A stretch of DNA of 64,000 nt from Rhizobacter sp. (GTDB taxonomy: Bacteria > Pseudomonadota > Gammaproteobacteria > Burkholderiales > Burkholderiaceae_C). Positions 47,999 to 56,595 of the stretch are shown one piece after another. Positions within the stretch are counted from its first letter, which is position 1; each line of letters begins with the position of its first letter. Where the stretch lies: the NCBI GenBank assembly GCA_019635355.1, contig JAHBZQ010000001.1, positions 4,257,220 to 4,321,219 on the forward strand. Reading direction: 5' to 3'. The translations under genes were made by a program, and so were the position numbers. The notes beneath the pieces were generated by a model. The model was not told the DNA's origin. It saw only the letters and a program-made list of their open reading frames with translations, and did no database searches.

Positions 47999-48040
47999 TG
48001 GCCTGAGGCTCGTCGCGCCCGTCTGCCGGCGGGTGTGAAC

Positions 48041-48076
48041 AAGGGCGCAGGGGAGTGCATCCTCTGCGCCCTTTTT
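48041..48076 (+). terminator. Intrinsic terminator after the ACAD gene
   Basis: AAGGGCGCAG...CTGCGCCCTT followed by a T-run. Confidence 0.8.
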
Positions 48077-48179
48077 GCGCATTCTGTGCGGTGGATCACC
48101 CCGCCGATGCGCCTTTGGTGGCATGGTTCGCAGTGTTGGGCGCCGCCGGTGGCGCACCCGGAACAGTTGGGTTGATCGT

Positions 48180-50039
48180 GTGAAGAAAACGCCGGAGGGT
48201 CCGGTTCAGCGACCTGTGGAAGGGCAGGTGCGCGGGGCATTCGAGGCCAGCATGGAAGTGGCGTGGGTGGACCGGGCGTTCTGGATCCTCCCCCGCATGA
48301 CGGCCCTCAACATCTTCGTGGCCATGGTGCTGATGCCGTGGTTCTGGCCCTTGCTGCCCATGAACGTGCTGGCCGCGTGGCTCGCGGCCCTGGGCGTGTT
48401 CGTCGTGTCGCGCGTGCTGGCGATCCGCCACCTGAAGCGCTGGCGCGCCGATCCGCAGCGCAAGGCCGAAGGCTCCTACAACCGCTTCTTCCTGCTCGCC
48501 CTGGTGTCGGGTGTGTACTGGGGCATCACCGCCTGGCTGCTGTTCCCCTACGGCGGGGCGAAGGAGCAGATGCTGCTCGGCTTCGTGCTCTACGGGTTGT
48601 GCGTGCTCAACTCGTATCACATCTCGATGAAGTACTACGCCTTCGAGGCGCACTTCTTCTGCTCGCTGATGCCGATGGTCGCGCACATTGCCCTGGGCGG
48701 TGACGCTTCCAGCATCCTCATCGCCGTGACCTTGCTCGTGATCGTGGGCGGCACGGGCTTCCTGTCGCGTTTCTACCTCATGAACTTCCGCAAGCTCGGC
48801 GAGGGCATGATGTGGCAGATGGGCCAGGAGAAGGCCGCGGCCGACGAGGCCCGTCGCGCGGCCGACGTGGCCCGCCACGAGGCCGAGGTGGCCAACCGCG
48901 CCAAGACCCAGTTCTTCGCCGCTGCCAGCCATGACCTGCGCCAGCCGCTGCATGCGATGGGCCTCTTGGCCGAGGCCTTGAGCCAGCGCAGCCACGACAA
49001 GGAACTCGCCCCGCTCGTGGCCAGCATCAACGGCTCGGTCGACGCGCTCGAAGGCCTTTTCTCCGAGCTGCTCGACATCACCAAGATCGACAGCGGCGCC
49101 GTCACCGTGTCACCCGAGCACTTTGCGGCCGGCGAGCTCTTCCGCAAGCTGCGCCTGCACTTCGAGCCGGTGGCGTTCGACAAAGGCCTGTCGTTGCGCT
49201 TTCGCGGTGGGGAGCAGGTGCTGCACGCCGACCCGGTGCTCGTCGAGCGCATCCTGCGCAACCTCGTCTCCAACGCCGTGCGCTACACGCATGACGGCAG
49301 CGTGCTCGTGAGCTGCCGCCGCCGCGGCGAGCGTGTGCAGCTGCAGGTGTGGGACACCGGCGTCGGCATCCCTGCCGACGAGCGAGAGCGCATCTTCGAA
49401 GAGTTCTATCAGGTGGCCGACACCCAGGCGCAGGTGCCGCAGGAGCGCAAGGGCCTGGGCCTCGGCCTCTCGATCGCGCAGCGGCTCGCGGCGCTGATGC
49501 AGGCGCCGCTGGGCTTGCGCTCGGAGCCGGGGCGCGGCTCGGTGTTCACGCTGGAGTTGCCGGTGGGCGATGTCTCGCAAGCGCATGCGCTGCACGAGCC
49601 GTGCGGCACGGCAGCGTCGGCGCGGGCGCTGGTCGGCCGCACGATCCTGGTGGTGGACGACGACGCCACGATCCGCGCGGGCCTCGAGGCCCTGCTCGGA
49701 GGCTGGGGCGCGAAGGTGCTGGCTTTCGGCAGCTTGCAGGCCGTGCGCACCTGGGCCGCACGGGCCGATGCGGTGCGGCCCGACCTGCTGATCGCCGACT
49801 ACCGGCTCGATGGCCACCACACCGGCGTCGAAGCCATTGCGGCCGTGCGGGGGCGTTTCGAGGGCGGCCTGCCCGCCATCATGATCACCGGCAGCCTGGG
49901 GAGTGAGCTCGGTGGCGAGTCCGCCGACCACGGCTTCCAGTTGCTGCTGAAGCCGGTGGCACCGCACAAGCTGCGGGCGCTGGTGAACTTCGCCTTGGCA
50001 GACGCAGACGGCGCCCGCAAGGACCCGGCCGCCGCGTGA
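48180..50039 (+). CDS. Membrane hybrid histidine kinase (multi-TM, HisKA, HATPase, REC); start uncertain (48180 or 48252)
   Basis: About 5-6 TM helices; ASHDLRQPL, NAVRYT, DTGVGI, GLGLGL; VVDDD..IADYRL REC. Confidence 0.92.
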   Translation: MKKTPEGPVQRPVEGQVRGAFEASMEVAWVDRAFWILPRMTALNIFVAMVLMPWFWPLLPMNVLAAWLAALGVFVVSRVLAIRHLKRWRADPQRKAEGSYNRFFLLALVSGVYWGITAWLLFPYGGAKEQMLLGFVLYGLCVLNSYHISMKYYAFEAHFFCSLMPMVAHIALGGDASSILIAVTLLVIVGGTGFLSRFYLMNFRKLGEGMMWQMGQEKAAADEARRAADVARHEAEVANRAKTQFFAAASHDLRQPLHAMGLLAEALSQRSHDKELAPLVASINGSVDALEGLFSELLDITKIDSGAVTVSPEHFAAGELFRKLRLHFEPVAFDKGLSLRFRGGEQVLHADPVLVERILRNLVSNAVRYTHDGSVLVSCRRRGERVQLQVWDTGVGIPADERERIFEEFYQVADTQAQVPQERKGLGLGLSIAQRLAALMQAPLGLRSEPGRGSVFTLELPVGDVSQAHALHEPCGTAASARALVGRTILVVDDDATIRAGLEALLGGWGAKVLAFGSLQAVRTWAARADAVRPDLLIADYRLDGHHTGVEAIAAVRGRFEGGLPAIMITGSLGSELGGESADHGFQLLLKPVAPHKLRALVNFALADADGARKDPAAA

Positions 50040-50060
50040 GCGGCCGGCCGGTGGCGGTCG

Positions 50061-50939
50061 TCAGCTCGACGCCGCCATCGCCTTGCCCACTTCATTGCGG
50101 CCCTGCTCGCTGCCGCTCTGCGGCACCACTTCCTCGTCGCGCGACGAGATGGCCTCGAACTGCGCCGCCACCTGGTCGTCGGCATCGGCGCCGGTGCCGA
50201 TGTGCGTGCCGAGCGTCATGGTCACGTAGCTGCGGGCAAACGTGCCGGCGCCGGCGTTGAGGATCACGCGCGTCGGCGCGTCTTCGCTCACGAGGTAGAG
50301 CAGGCCGGGCGTCACGGCGGCAGGCGCGAGCTTGTCGAGCACCACCTGCGGCATCAGGCCTTCGGTCATCGCGGTGGCCGCGGTCGGGGCCAGGCAGTTG
50401 ACCTTGACGTTGTCTTTCGCGCCTTCGAGCGAGAGCGTCTGCATCAGGCCGACGAGTGCCATCTTGGCGGCGCCGTAGTTCGACTGGCCGAAGTTGCCGA
50501 AGAGGCCCGACGACGAGGTGGTGTTGACGATGCGGCCGTACTTCTGCGCGCGCATGATGTCCCACACGGCCTTGGTGCAGTACACCGCGCCCATCAGGTG
50601 CACGTCGACCACGAGCTTGAAGTCGGCCATCTCCATCTTCGAGAAGCTCTTGTCGCGCAGGATGCCGGCGTTGTTGACGAGGATGTCGACACGGCCCCAG
50701 GTGTCCATCGTGGTCTTGACCATCGCCTGCACGGCGTCGAAGTCGGTCACCGAGCACGACACCGCGATGGCCTGGCCGCCGGTGGCCTTGATCTCGTCGG
50801 CCACGGTCTGTGCGCCAGGGCCCAGGTCGTTCACCACCACCTTCGCGCCACGCTTGGCGAGCGCGAGTGCGTGCTCGCGGCCCAAGCCGCCACCTGCGCC
50901 TGTCACGATCGCGACACGGCCGTCAAAGCTAATGCTCAT
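50061..50939 (-). CDS. SDR, MFE-2/HSD17B4-like (3R)-hydroxyacyl-CoA dehydrogenase
   Basis: TGAGGGLG, VVVNDLG, NNAGILRD and SSSGLFGNFGQSNYGAAK. Confidence 0.9.
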   Translation of the reverse strand: MSISFDGRVAIVTGAGGGLGREHALALAKRGAKVVVNDLGPGAQTVADEIKATGGQAIAVSCSVTDFDAVQAMVKTTMDTWGRVDILVNNAGILRDKSFSKMEMADFKLVVDVHLMGAVYCTKAVWDIMRAQKYGRIVNTTSSSGLFGNFGQSNYGAAKMALVGLMQTLSLEGAKDNVKVNCLAPTAATAMTEGLMPQVVLDKLAPAAVTPGLLYLVSEDAPTRVILNAGAGTFARSYVTMTLGTHIGTGADADDQVAAQFEAISSRDEEVVPQSGSEQGRNEVGKAMAASS

Positions 50940-50986
50940 AGTCCTCTTTCCAACAATCTGGTATGTTTTCCGAGGCTCAGAAAAAG

Positions 50987-51003
50987 GCCCTGTTTCACAG
51001 GGC
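50987..51003. promoter_or_regulatory. Palindrome in the divergent SDR promoter region
   Basis: GCCCTGT-TTC-ACAGGGC. Confidence 0.4.
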
Positions 51004-51023
51004 AGATCATCACTCGGAGACAA

Positions 51024-51038
51024 GGGTTTAGAAAAGTC
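51024..51038. promoter_or_regulatory. Candidate operator in the divergent SDR/SDR promoter
   Basis: GGGTTTAGAAAAGTC; matches 46668-46682. Confidence 0.55.
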
Positions 51039-51109
51039 GGTTGGTCGCCTTGCGCGCCTGCGTGGCCCAACCCTCGAAGCCCCTCCATTTAACCAGCAAG
51101 GAAGCTCTC

Positions 51110-51874
51110 ATGTCGTTGTTCGATCTCACAGGCAAGGTCGCCGTCATCACCGGCTCGTCACGCGGCATCGGCAAAGCCATCGCCGAGCGCATGGCCGAAC
51201 AAGGCGCCAAGGTCGTGATCTCGTCGCGCAAGCCGGAGCCCTGCGCCGAGGTGGCCGCGGCGATCAACAAGGCCCACGGTGCGGGCTCGGCGATCTCGAT
51301 CCCGGCCAACATCTCGTCGAAGGACGACCTCAAGCACCTGGTCGACGAGACCACGAAGCAGTTCGGCAAGGTCGACATCGTGGTGTGCAACGCCGCGTCG
51401 AACCCGTACTACGGCCCGCTCGCCGGCATCGAAGACGACCAGTTCCGCAAGATCCTCGAGAACAACGTGATCGCCAACCACTGGCTGATCAACTTCGCCG
51501 CACCGCAGATGATCGAGCGCAAGGACGGCACGATCATCATCGTGTCGAGCATCGGTGGCCTGCGCGGCTCGCCGGTGATCGGCGCGTACAACATCTCCAA
51601 GGCAGCGGACTTCCAGCTCGCGCGCAACCTGGCGGTGGAGTACGGCCCGCACAACATCCGCGTGAATTGCATCGCGCCTGGTCTGATCAAGACCGACTTC
51701 GCGAAGGCGCTGTGGGACAACCCCGAGACCCTGAAGCGCTCGACTGCCAACGCCCCGCTGCGCCGCATCGGCGAGCCCGACGAGATCGCCGGCGCGGCCG
51801 TGTTCCTCGCCTCGAAGGCCGGCTCGTTCATGACGGGCCAGGCGCTCGTCATCGACGGCGGCGTGACCATCTGA
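51110..51874 (+). CDS. SDR, DHRS4/LvaD-like carbonyl (keto-acyl) reductase
   Basis: TGSSRGIG, VVISSRK, NAASNP (DHRS4-type replacement of NNAG), YNISK and GLIKTDFAKALW. Confidence 0.9.
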   Translation: MSLFDLTGKVAVITGSSRGIGKAIAERMAEQGAKVVISSRKPEPCAEVAAAINKAHGAGSAISIPANISSKDDLKHLVDETTKQFGKVDIVVCNAASNPYYGPLAGIEDDQFRKILENNVIANHWLINFAAPQMIERKDGTIIIVSSIGGLRGSPVIGAYNISKAADFQLARNLAVEYGPHNIRVNCIAPGLIKTDFAKALWDNPETLKRSTANAPLRRIGEPDEIAGAAVFLASKAGSFMTGQALVIDGGVTI

Positions 51875-51890
51875 CCGATCGGAGCAACGC

Positions 51891-53096
51891 ATGACGACTG
51901 CGACTGCAGAGAAGCCCGAACTGAAAACCTTCCGCGAAGAAACGCGCGCGTGGCTGGAGCAGAACTGCCCGCCCGAGATGCGCAAGCCCGTCACCAGCGA
52001 AGACGACGTCTGCTGGGGCGGCCGCAAGTGGAAGTTCTCGTCCGACGCGCAGAAGGTGTGGCTGGAGCGCATGGCCGCGAAGGGCTGGACAGTGCCGACC
52101 TGGCCCAAGGAATACGGCGGCGGCGGCCTCGCTGGCGAGCAGGCCAAGATCCTCGCGCAGGAGATGCGTGCACTGAACTGCCGCGCCCCGGTGCAAAGCT
52201 TCGGCATCTGGATGCTGGGCCCGGCGCTCTTGAAGTTCGGCACGCACGAGCAGAAGCTCGAGTTCCTGCCGCCCATCGCGCGTGGCGAGATCCGCTGGTG
52301 CCAGGGCTACTCGGAGCCCAATGCCGGCTCCGACCTCGCCTCGCTGCAGACCAAGGCCGAAGACAAGGGCGACCACTTCATCGTCAACGGCCAGAAGATC
52401 TGGACGTCATACGCCGACAAGGCCGACTGGATCTTCTGCCTCGTGCGCACCGACCCGCAGGCGAAGAAGCACACCGGCATCAGCTTCGTGCTCTTCGACA
52501 TGCAGACGCCGGGCGTGACCACCAAGCCCATCCTCCTGATCTCGGGCAAGTCGCCCTTCTGCGAGACCTTCTTCGACAACGTGCGCGTCGAGAAGAAGAA
52601 CCTCGTGGGCACGCTCAACGCCGGCTGGGACGTGGCCAAGTACCTGCTGACGCACGAGCGCGAAATGATCGGCGGCATCGGCGACCGCGGCGCGGCCAAG
52701 CCGCTCGGCGTGTTCGCGCTGGAGCAGGTGGGGGCCGATGCGCAAGGGCGCGTCGCCGACCCGGTGCTGCGTGCACAGATTGCGCAGTTCGAGGTCGATG
52801 AAGCGGCCTTCCGCCTGACGATGGAGCGCGCGATGGACATGGCCCGCGCCGGCCAGGGCAACCCGGCCTTCAGCTCGGTGCTCAAGTACTACGGCGCCGA
52901 GCTCAACAAGCGCCGCCACGAACTGATGATGCAGGCGGGCGGCAGCGATGCGCTCGATTGGGAGAGCCCGCGCTCGCGCGAAGGTGCGCTGGCGCGTGCG
53001 TGGCTGCGCACCAAGGGCAATTCCATCGAAGGCGGCACGAGCGAAGTGCAGCTCAACGTCATCGCCAAACGCATCCTCGATCTCCCTGGAGCCTGA
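51891..53096 (+). CDS. Acyl-CoA dehydrogenase, catalytic subunit of a heteromeric pair (PimC/FadE26-like)
   Basis: WPKEYGG, WCQGYSEPNAGSDLASL, NGQKIWTS, LTHERE (catalytic Glu) and SIEGGTSEVQ. Confidence 0.92.
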   Translation: MTTATAEKPELKTFREETRAWLEQNCPPEMRKPVTSEDDVCWGGRKWKFSSDAQKVWLERMAAKGWTVPTWPKEYGGGGLAGEQAKILAQEMRALNCRAPVQSFGIWMLGPALLKFGTHEQKLEFLPPIARGEIRWCQGYSEPNAGSDLASLQTKAEDKGDHFIVNGQKIWTSYADKADWIFCLVRTDPQAKKHTGISFVLFDMQTPGVTTKPILLISGKSPFCETFFDNVRVEKKNLVGTLNAGWDVAKYLLTHEREMIGGIGDRGAAKPLGVFALEQVGADAQGRVADPVLRAQIAQFEVDEAAFRLTMERAMDMARAGQGNPAFSSVLKYYGAELNKRRHELMMQAGGSDALDWESPRSREGALARAWLRTKGNSIEGGTSEVQLNVIAKRILDLPGA

Positions 53097-53103
53097 ACAC
53101 CTC

Positions 53104-54243
53104 ATGGCACTCGTACTCACTGAAGAACAAGGGATGCTGCGCGACAGCGCCAAGTCATTCCTCGCCGACAACGCCCCCGTCTCCGAGCTGCGCAAGCTGC
53201 GCGACACGCGCAGCGCCGATGGTTTCAACCGCGGCCTGTGGAAGCAGTTCGCCGAGATGGGCTTCATCGGCGTGCTGATCCCTGAAGACCTCGGCGGCAT
53301 GGGCCTCGGCCTGGTGGAAGCCGGCGTGGTGATGGAAGAGATCGGGCGCAACCTCACGGCCTCGCCCTTCCTCGCGTCCAGCGTCGTGGCGGCGACCGCG
53401 CTCCTGAGCGCCGGCACCGCGGCGCAGAAGCAGGCCACCTTGCCGAAGATCGCCTCGGGCGAGTTGATCGCCACGCTGGCGGTCGATGAGCACAGCAAGC
53501 ACAACCCGCGCAACACCGCGCTCAAGGCCGAAAAGAATGGCAGCGGCTACACGCTCGATGGCGCCAAGACCTTCGTGCTCGATGGCCATGTGGCCGATCT
53601 CTTCATCGTCGCGGCCCGCACCAGTGGCGCCAAGGGCGATCTTGCCGGCGTCACGCTCTTCCTCGTCGATGCGAAGACGAGCGGCGTGAAGGTCGAACGC
53701 GTGGTGATGGTCGACGCGCACAACGCCGCACGCATCACCTTCGACAAGGTCGCCGTGCCCGAAAGCGCCGTGCTCGGCAAGGTCGGCGAAGGCCTCGTGC
53801 CGCTGAACGCCGCGCTGAGCGCCGGCCGCGTGGCCGCCTCGGCCGAGATGCTGGGCATCGCCGACGAGGTGTTCACCCGCACGGTGAATTACCTCAAGGA
53901 GCGCCAGCAGTTCGCCAAGATCATCGGCGAGTTCCAGGCGTTGCAGCACCGCGCGGCCCACCTCTATTGCGAGATCGAGTTCACCCGCTCGGCAGTGCTG
54001 AAGGCACTGCAGGGGCTGGACGAAGGCACGCCCACGGCCATCGGCCTCGCCTCGGTCGCCAAGTCCAAGGCGGGGGCGACCGTCACGCTCGCGGTGCAGG
54101 AAGGCGTGCAGATGCACGGCGGCATCGGCATGACCGACGAATTCGAGATGGGCTTCTTCATGAAGCGTGCGCGTGTGCTGCAAGAACTCTTCGGTGACGC
54201 GACCTACCACGCCGACCTGCTGGCCCAGCTGAAGAAGTACTGA
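53104..54243 (+). CDS. Acyl-CoA dehydrogenase, non-catalytic partner subunit (PimD/FadE27-like)
   Basis: Start MALVLTEEQ; degenerate N-terminal FAD motifs; RQQFAKIIGEFQALQH and QMHGGIGMTDE. Confidence 0.9.
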   Translation: MALVLTEEQGMLRDSAKSFLADNAPVSELRKLRDTRSADGFNRGLWKQFAEMGFIGVLIPEDLGGMGLGLVEAGVVMEEIGRNLTASPFLASSVVAATALLSAGTAAQKQATLPKIASGELIATLAVDEHSKHNPRNTALKAEKNGSGYTLDGAKTFVLDGHVADLFIVAARTSGAKGDLAGVTLFLVDAKTSGVKVERVVMVDAHNAARITFDKVAVPESAVLGKVGEGLVPLNAALSAGRVAASAEMLGIADEVFTRTVNYLKERQQFAKIIGEFQALQHRAAHLYCEIEFTRSAVLKALQGLDEGTPTAIGLASVAKSKAGATVTLAVQEGVQMHGGIGMTDEFEMGFFMKRARVLQELFGDATYHADLLAQLKKY

Positions 54244-54246
54244 GCG

Positions 54247-55992
54247 ATGACGACCTCACCGGATGCGAAACCCTGGCCGGTGATGTCGCTGGCCGAAGCG
54301 CATGCCTTGATGACGGCGCCGGGCACGCAGTTCGAGATCGAAGAGATCACGATCCGCGGCGTGCCCACGCGCGTGTGGAAGAACGCCCCGGCGACGCTTC
54401 GCGACCTCTTCCTCGCCGGTCGTGCGCATGGGGGCAAGACCTTCCTCGTCTACGAAGACGACCGCGCCACCTTCGAGAGCTTCTCGCGCGCCGCGCTCGC
54501 CATCGCGCATGCGCTGCTGCGCGACGGGGTGAAGAAGGGCGACCGCGTGGCCGTGGCCATGCGCAACCTGCCCGAGTGGCCCGCGGCCTTCTTCGGCGCG
54601 GCGCTCACGGGGGCCATCGTCACGCCGCTCAACGCCTGGGGGCAGGGCGCCGAACTCGAATACGCCCTCAACGACTCGGGCGCGAGCGTCGTCTTCCTCG
54701 ACGGCGAGCGGCTCGACCGCCTGGCCGACGGCCACCTCGCGAACTGCAGTGCGCTCCAGCGTGTCTACGTCACCCGCGATGCGAGAACCCATGTTGACGC
54801 CCGCGTGCATCGCCTGGAGAGCATCACCGGCACCGTCAACGACTGGGGCCGCCTGCCCGAGCTGCCGCTGCCCGACGTGAACCTCGCGCCCGACGACGAC
54901 GCGACCATCTTCTACACCTCGGGCACCACCGGCGCGCAGAAGGGCGCGCTCGGCACGCAGCGCTGCACCGGCACCACCGTCTTCGCCGGCCTGTTTTCCG
55001 GACAGCGGGTGTTCATCCGCAAAGGCGAGCCGGTGCCCGACCCCGCGGCTCGCACGCTGCAGCGCGCCTCGCTGGTGGCGATCCCGTTCTTCCACACCAC
55101 CGGCTGCCAGTCGATCCTGGCCGGCGCGCTCTATGGCGGCAGCAAGCTCGTCACCATGCACCGCTGGGACGTGGAGCAGGCGATGGACCTGATCGAGCGC
55201 GAGCAGATCACCGTGGCCGGGGGTGTGCCCACCATCGCGTGGCAGATCCTCGAGCACCCGAACCGCGAGCGCTACAACCTTTCGACCCTCGAGAGCGTGG
55301 CCTACGGCGGTGCGCCGGCTTCGGCCGAACTCGTGCGGCGCATCAAGCAGGTGTTCCCCACCGCGTCACCCAGCAGCGGCTGGGGCATGACCGAGACCAG
55401 CGCCACCTTCACCCACCACAGCGGCGAAGACTACGTGCGCAAGCCCGACAGCGCCGGCCCGTCCATCCCGGTCGGCGAGCTGCGCATCGTGGGCGAGCAG
55501 GGCGAGACCCTGCCGGCCGGCGAGGTGGGCGAGCTCTGGGCCAAGGGCCCGCATGTGGTGAAGGGCTACTGGAACAAGCCCGAGGTCAGCGCCGAGACCT
55601 TCACCGAAGGCTGGGTGAAGACCGGCGACCTCGCCTACCTCGACGACGAAGGCTGGCTCTACATCGTCGACCGCAAGAAAGACATGCTCATCCGCGGCGG
55701 CGAAAACATCTACTGCACCGAAGTCGAAGGCGTGCTCTACGAGCACCCCGCGGTGATGGATGCGAGCGTGGTGGGCCTGCCACACAAGCAGCTCGGCGAA
55801 GAGCCCGGTGCGGCCGTCACCCTCAAGGCCGGCGCCGAGGCGAGCGAACAGGAGTTGCGCGCTTTCGTGGCCGAGCGGCTGGCGCGCTTCAAGGTGCCGG
55901 TGCGCATCCTCGTGCTCGACGAGACCTTGCCGCGCAACGCCAACGGCAAGATCCTCAAGAAGGAAGTGAAGAGGCTGCTGGGCGTGGCCTGA
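54247..55992 (+). CDS. Long-chain acyl-CoA synthetase (FadD-like)
   Basis: YTSGTTGAQKG, GWGMTET, TGDLAYLD, IRGGENI and PRNANGKILK. Confidence 0.93.
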   Translation: MTTSPDAKPWPVMSLAEAHALMTAPGTQFEIEEITIRGVPTRVWKNAPATLRDLFLAGRAHGGKTFLVYEDDRATFESFSRAALAIAHALLRDGVKKGDRVAVAMRNLPEWPAAFFGAALTGAIVTPLNAWGQGAELEYALNDSGASVVFLDGERLDRLADGHLANCSALQRVYVTRDARTHVDARVHRLESITGTVNDWGRLPELPLPDVNLAPDDDATIFYTSGTTGAQKGALGTQRCTGTTVFAGLFSGQRVFIRKGEPVPDPAARTLQRASLVAIPFFHTTGCQSILAGALYGGSKLVTMHRWDVEQAMDLIEREQITVAGGVPTIAWQILEHPNRERYNLSTLESVAYGGAPASAELVRRIKQVFPTASPSSGWGMTETSATFTHHSGEDYVRKPDSAGPSIPVGELRIVGEQGETLPAGEVGELWAKGPHVVKGYWNKPEVSAETFTEGWVKTGDLAYLDDEGWLYIVDRKKDMLIRGGENIYCTEVEGVLYEHPAVMDASVVGLPHKQLGEEPGAAVTLKAGAEASEQELRAFVAERLARFKVPVRILVLDETLPRNANGKILKKEVKRLLGVA

Positions 55993-56007
55993 GCGGCGAG
56001 GCGGCGC

Positions 56008-56529
56008 TCAGCCGTCCACCGGCGCGGCCGGCGTGTCGAGGAGGCGCTGGTAGAAGGCCAGGTCGAGCCAGCGGCCGAACTTGAAGCCTGCCTGGCGGAT
56101 GGTGCCGGCGTGTTCGAAGCCCAGGCTTTCGTGCAGCGCGATGCTGCCGGCGTTGGCGGCATCGATGCCGCCGATCAGCGTGTGCACCTGGCGCTCGCGT
56201 GCCGCCTCGACGATGGCTTGCAGCAGCGTGCGGCCGAGGCCCTTGCCGCGGTGGTCCTTGTGCACGTAGATCGAGTGTTCCACCGAGTACTTGTAGGCCG
56301 GCCACGCGCGGAAGGTGCCGTAGCTCGCAAAGCCGAGCAGCGTGCCGGCCTCGTCTTCGCAGCCGATGACCGGGAAGCCGTTGGCACGCTTGGTGGCAAA
56401 CCAGCCCACCATCGACTCGGGGGCGCGCGGCTTGTAGTCGTAGAGCGCGGTCGAGCTGACGATGGCCTCGTTGAAGATCTCGAGGATGGCGCTGGCGTGG
56501 CGGGCTTCGGTGCAGTCGACGAGTGTCAT
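56008..56529 (-). CDS. GNAT acetyltransferase (phosphinothricin/methionine-sulfoximine, MddA/YncA-like)
   Basis: True start MTLVDCTE; FRAWPAYKYSVEHSIYV, RGKGLG, NAGSIALHESLGF and GFKFGRWLD. Confidence 0.93.
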   Translation of the reverse strand: MTLVDCTEARHASAILEIFNEAIVSSTALYDYKPRAPESMVGWFATKRANGFPVIGCEDEAGTLLGFASYGTFRAWPAYKYSVEHSIYVHKDHRGKGLGRTLLQAIVEAARERQVHTLIGGIDAANAGSIALHESLGFEHAGTIRQAGFKFGRWLDLAFYQRLLDTPAAPVDG

Positions 56530-56551
56530 GGGTGATCCTGCGGATGTGCTG

Positions 56552-56571
56552 TCGGTTATGATCGTAACCGA
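56552..56571. promoter_or_regulatory. Candidate XRE operator in the GNAT/XRE divergent gap
   Basis: TCGGTTA-TGATCG-TAACCGA; a second near-palindrome CGTTCTCT-AA-AGGAAACG lies at 56575-56592. Confidence 0.5.
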
Positions 56572-56595
56572 TCCGTTCTCTAAAGGAAACGAGCT

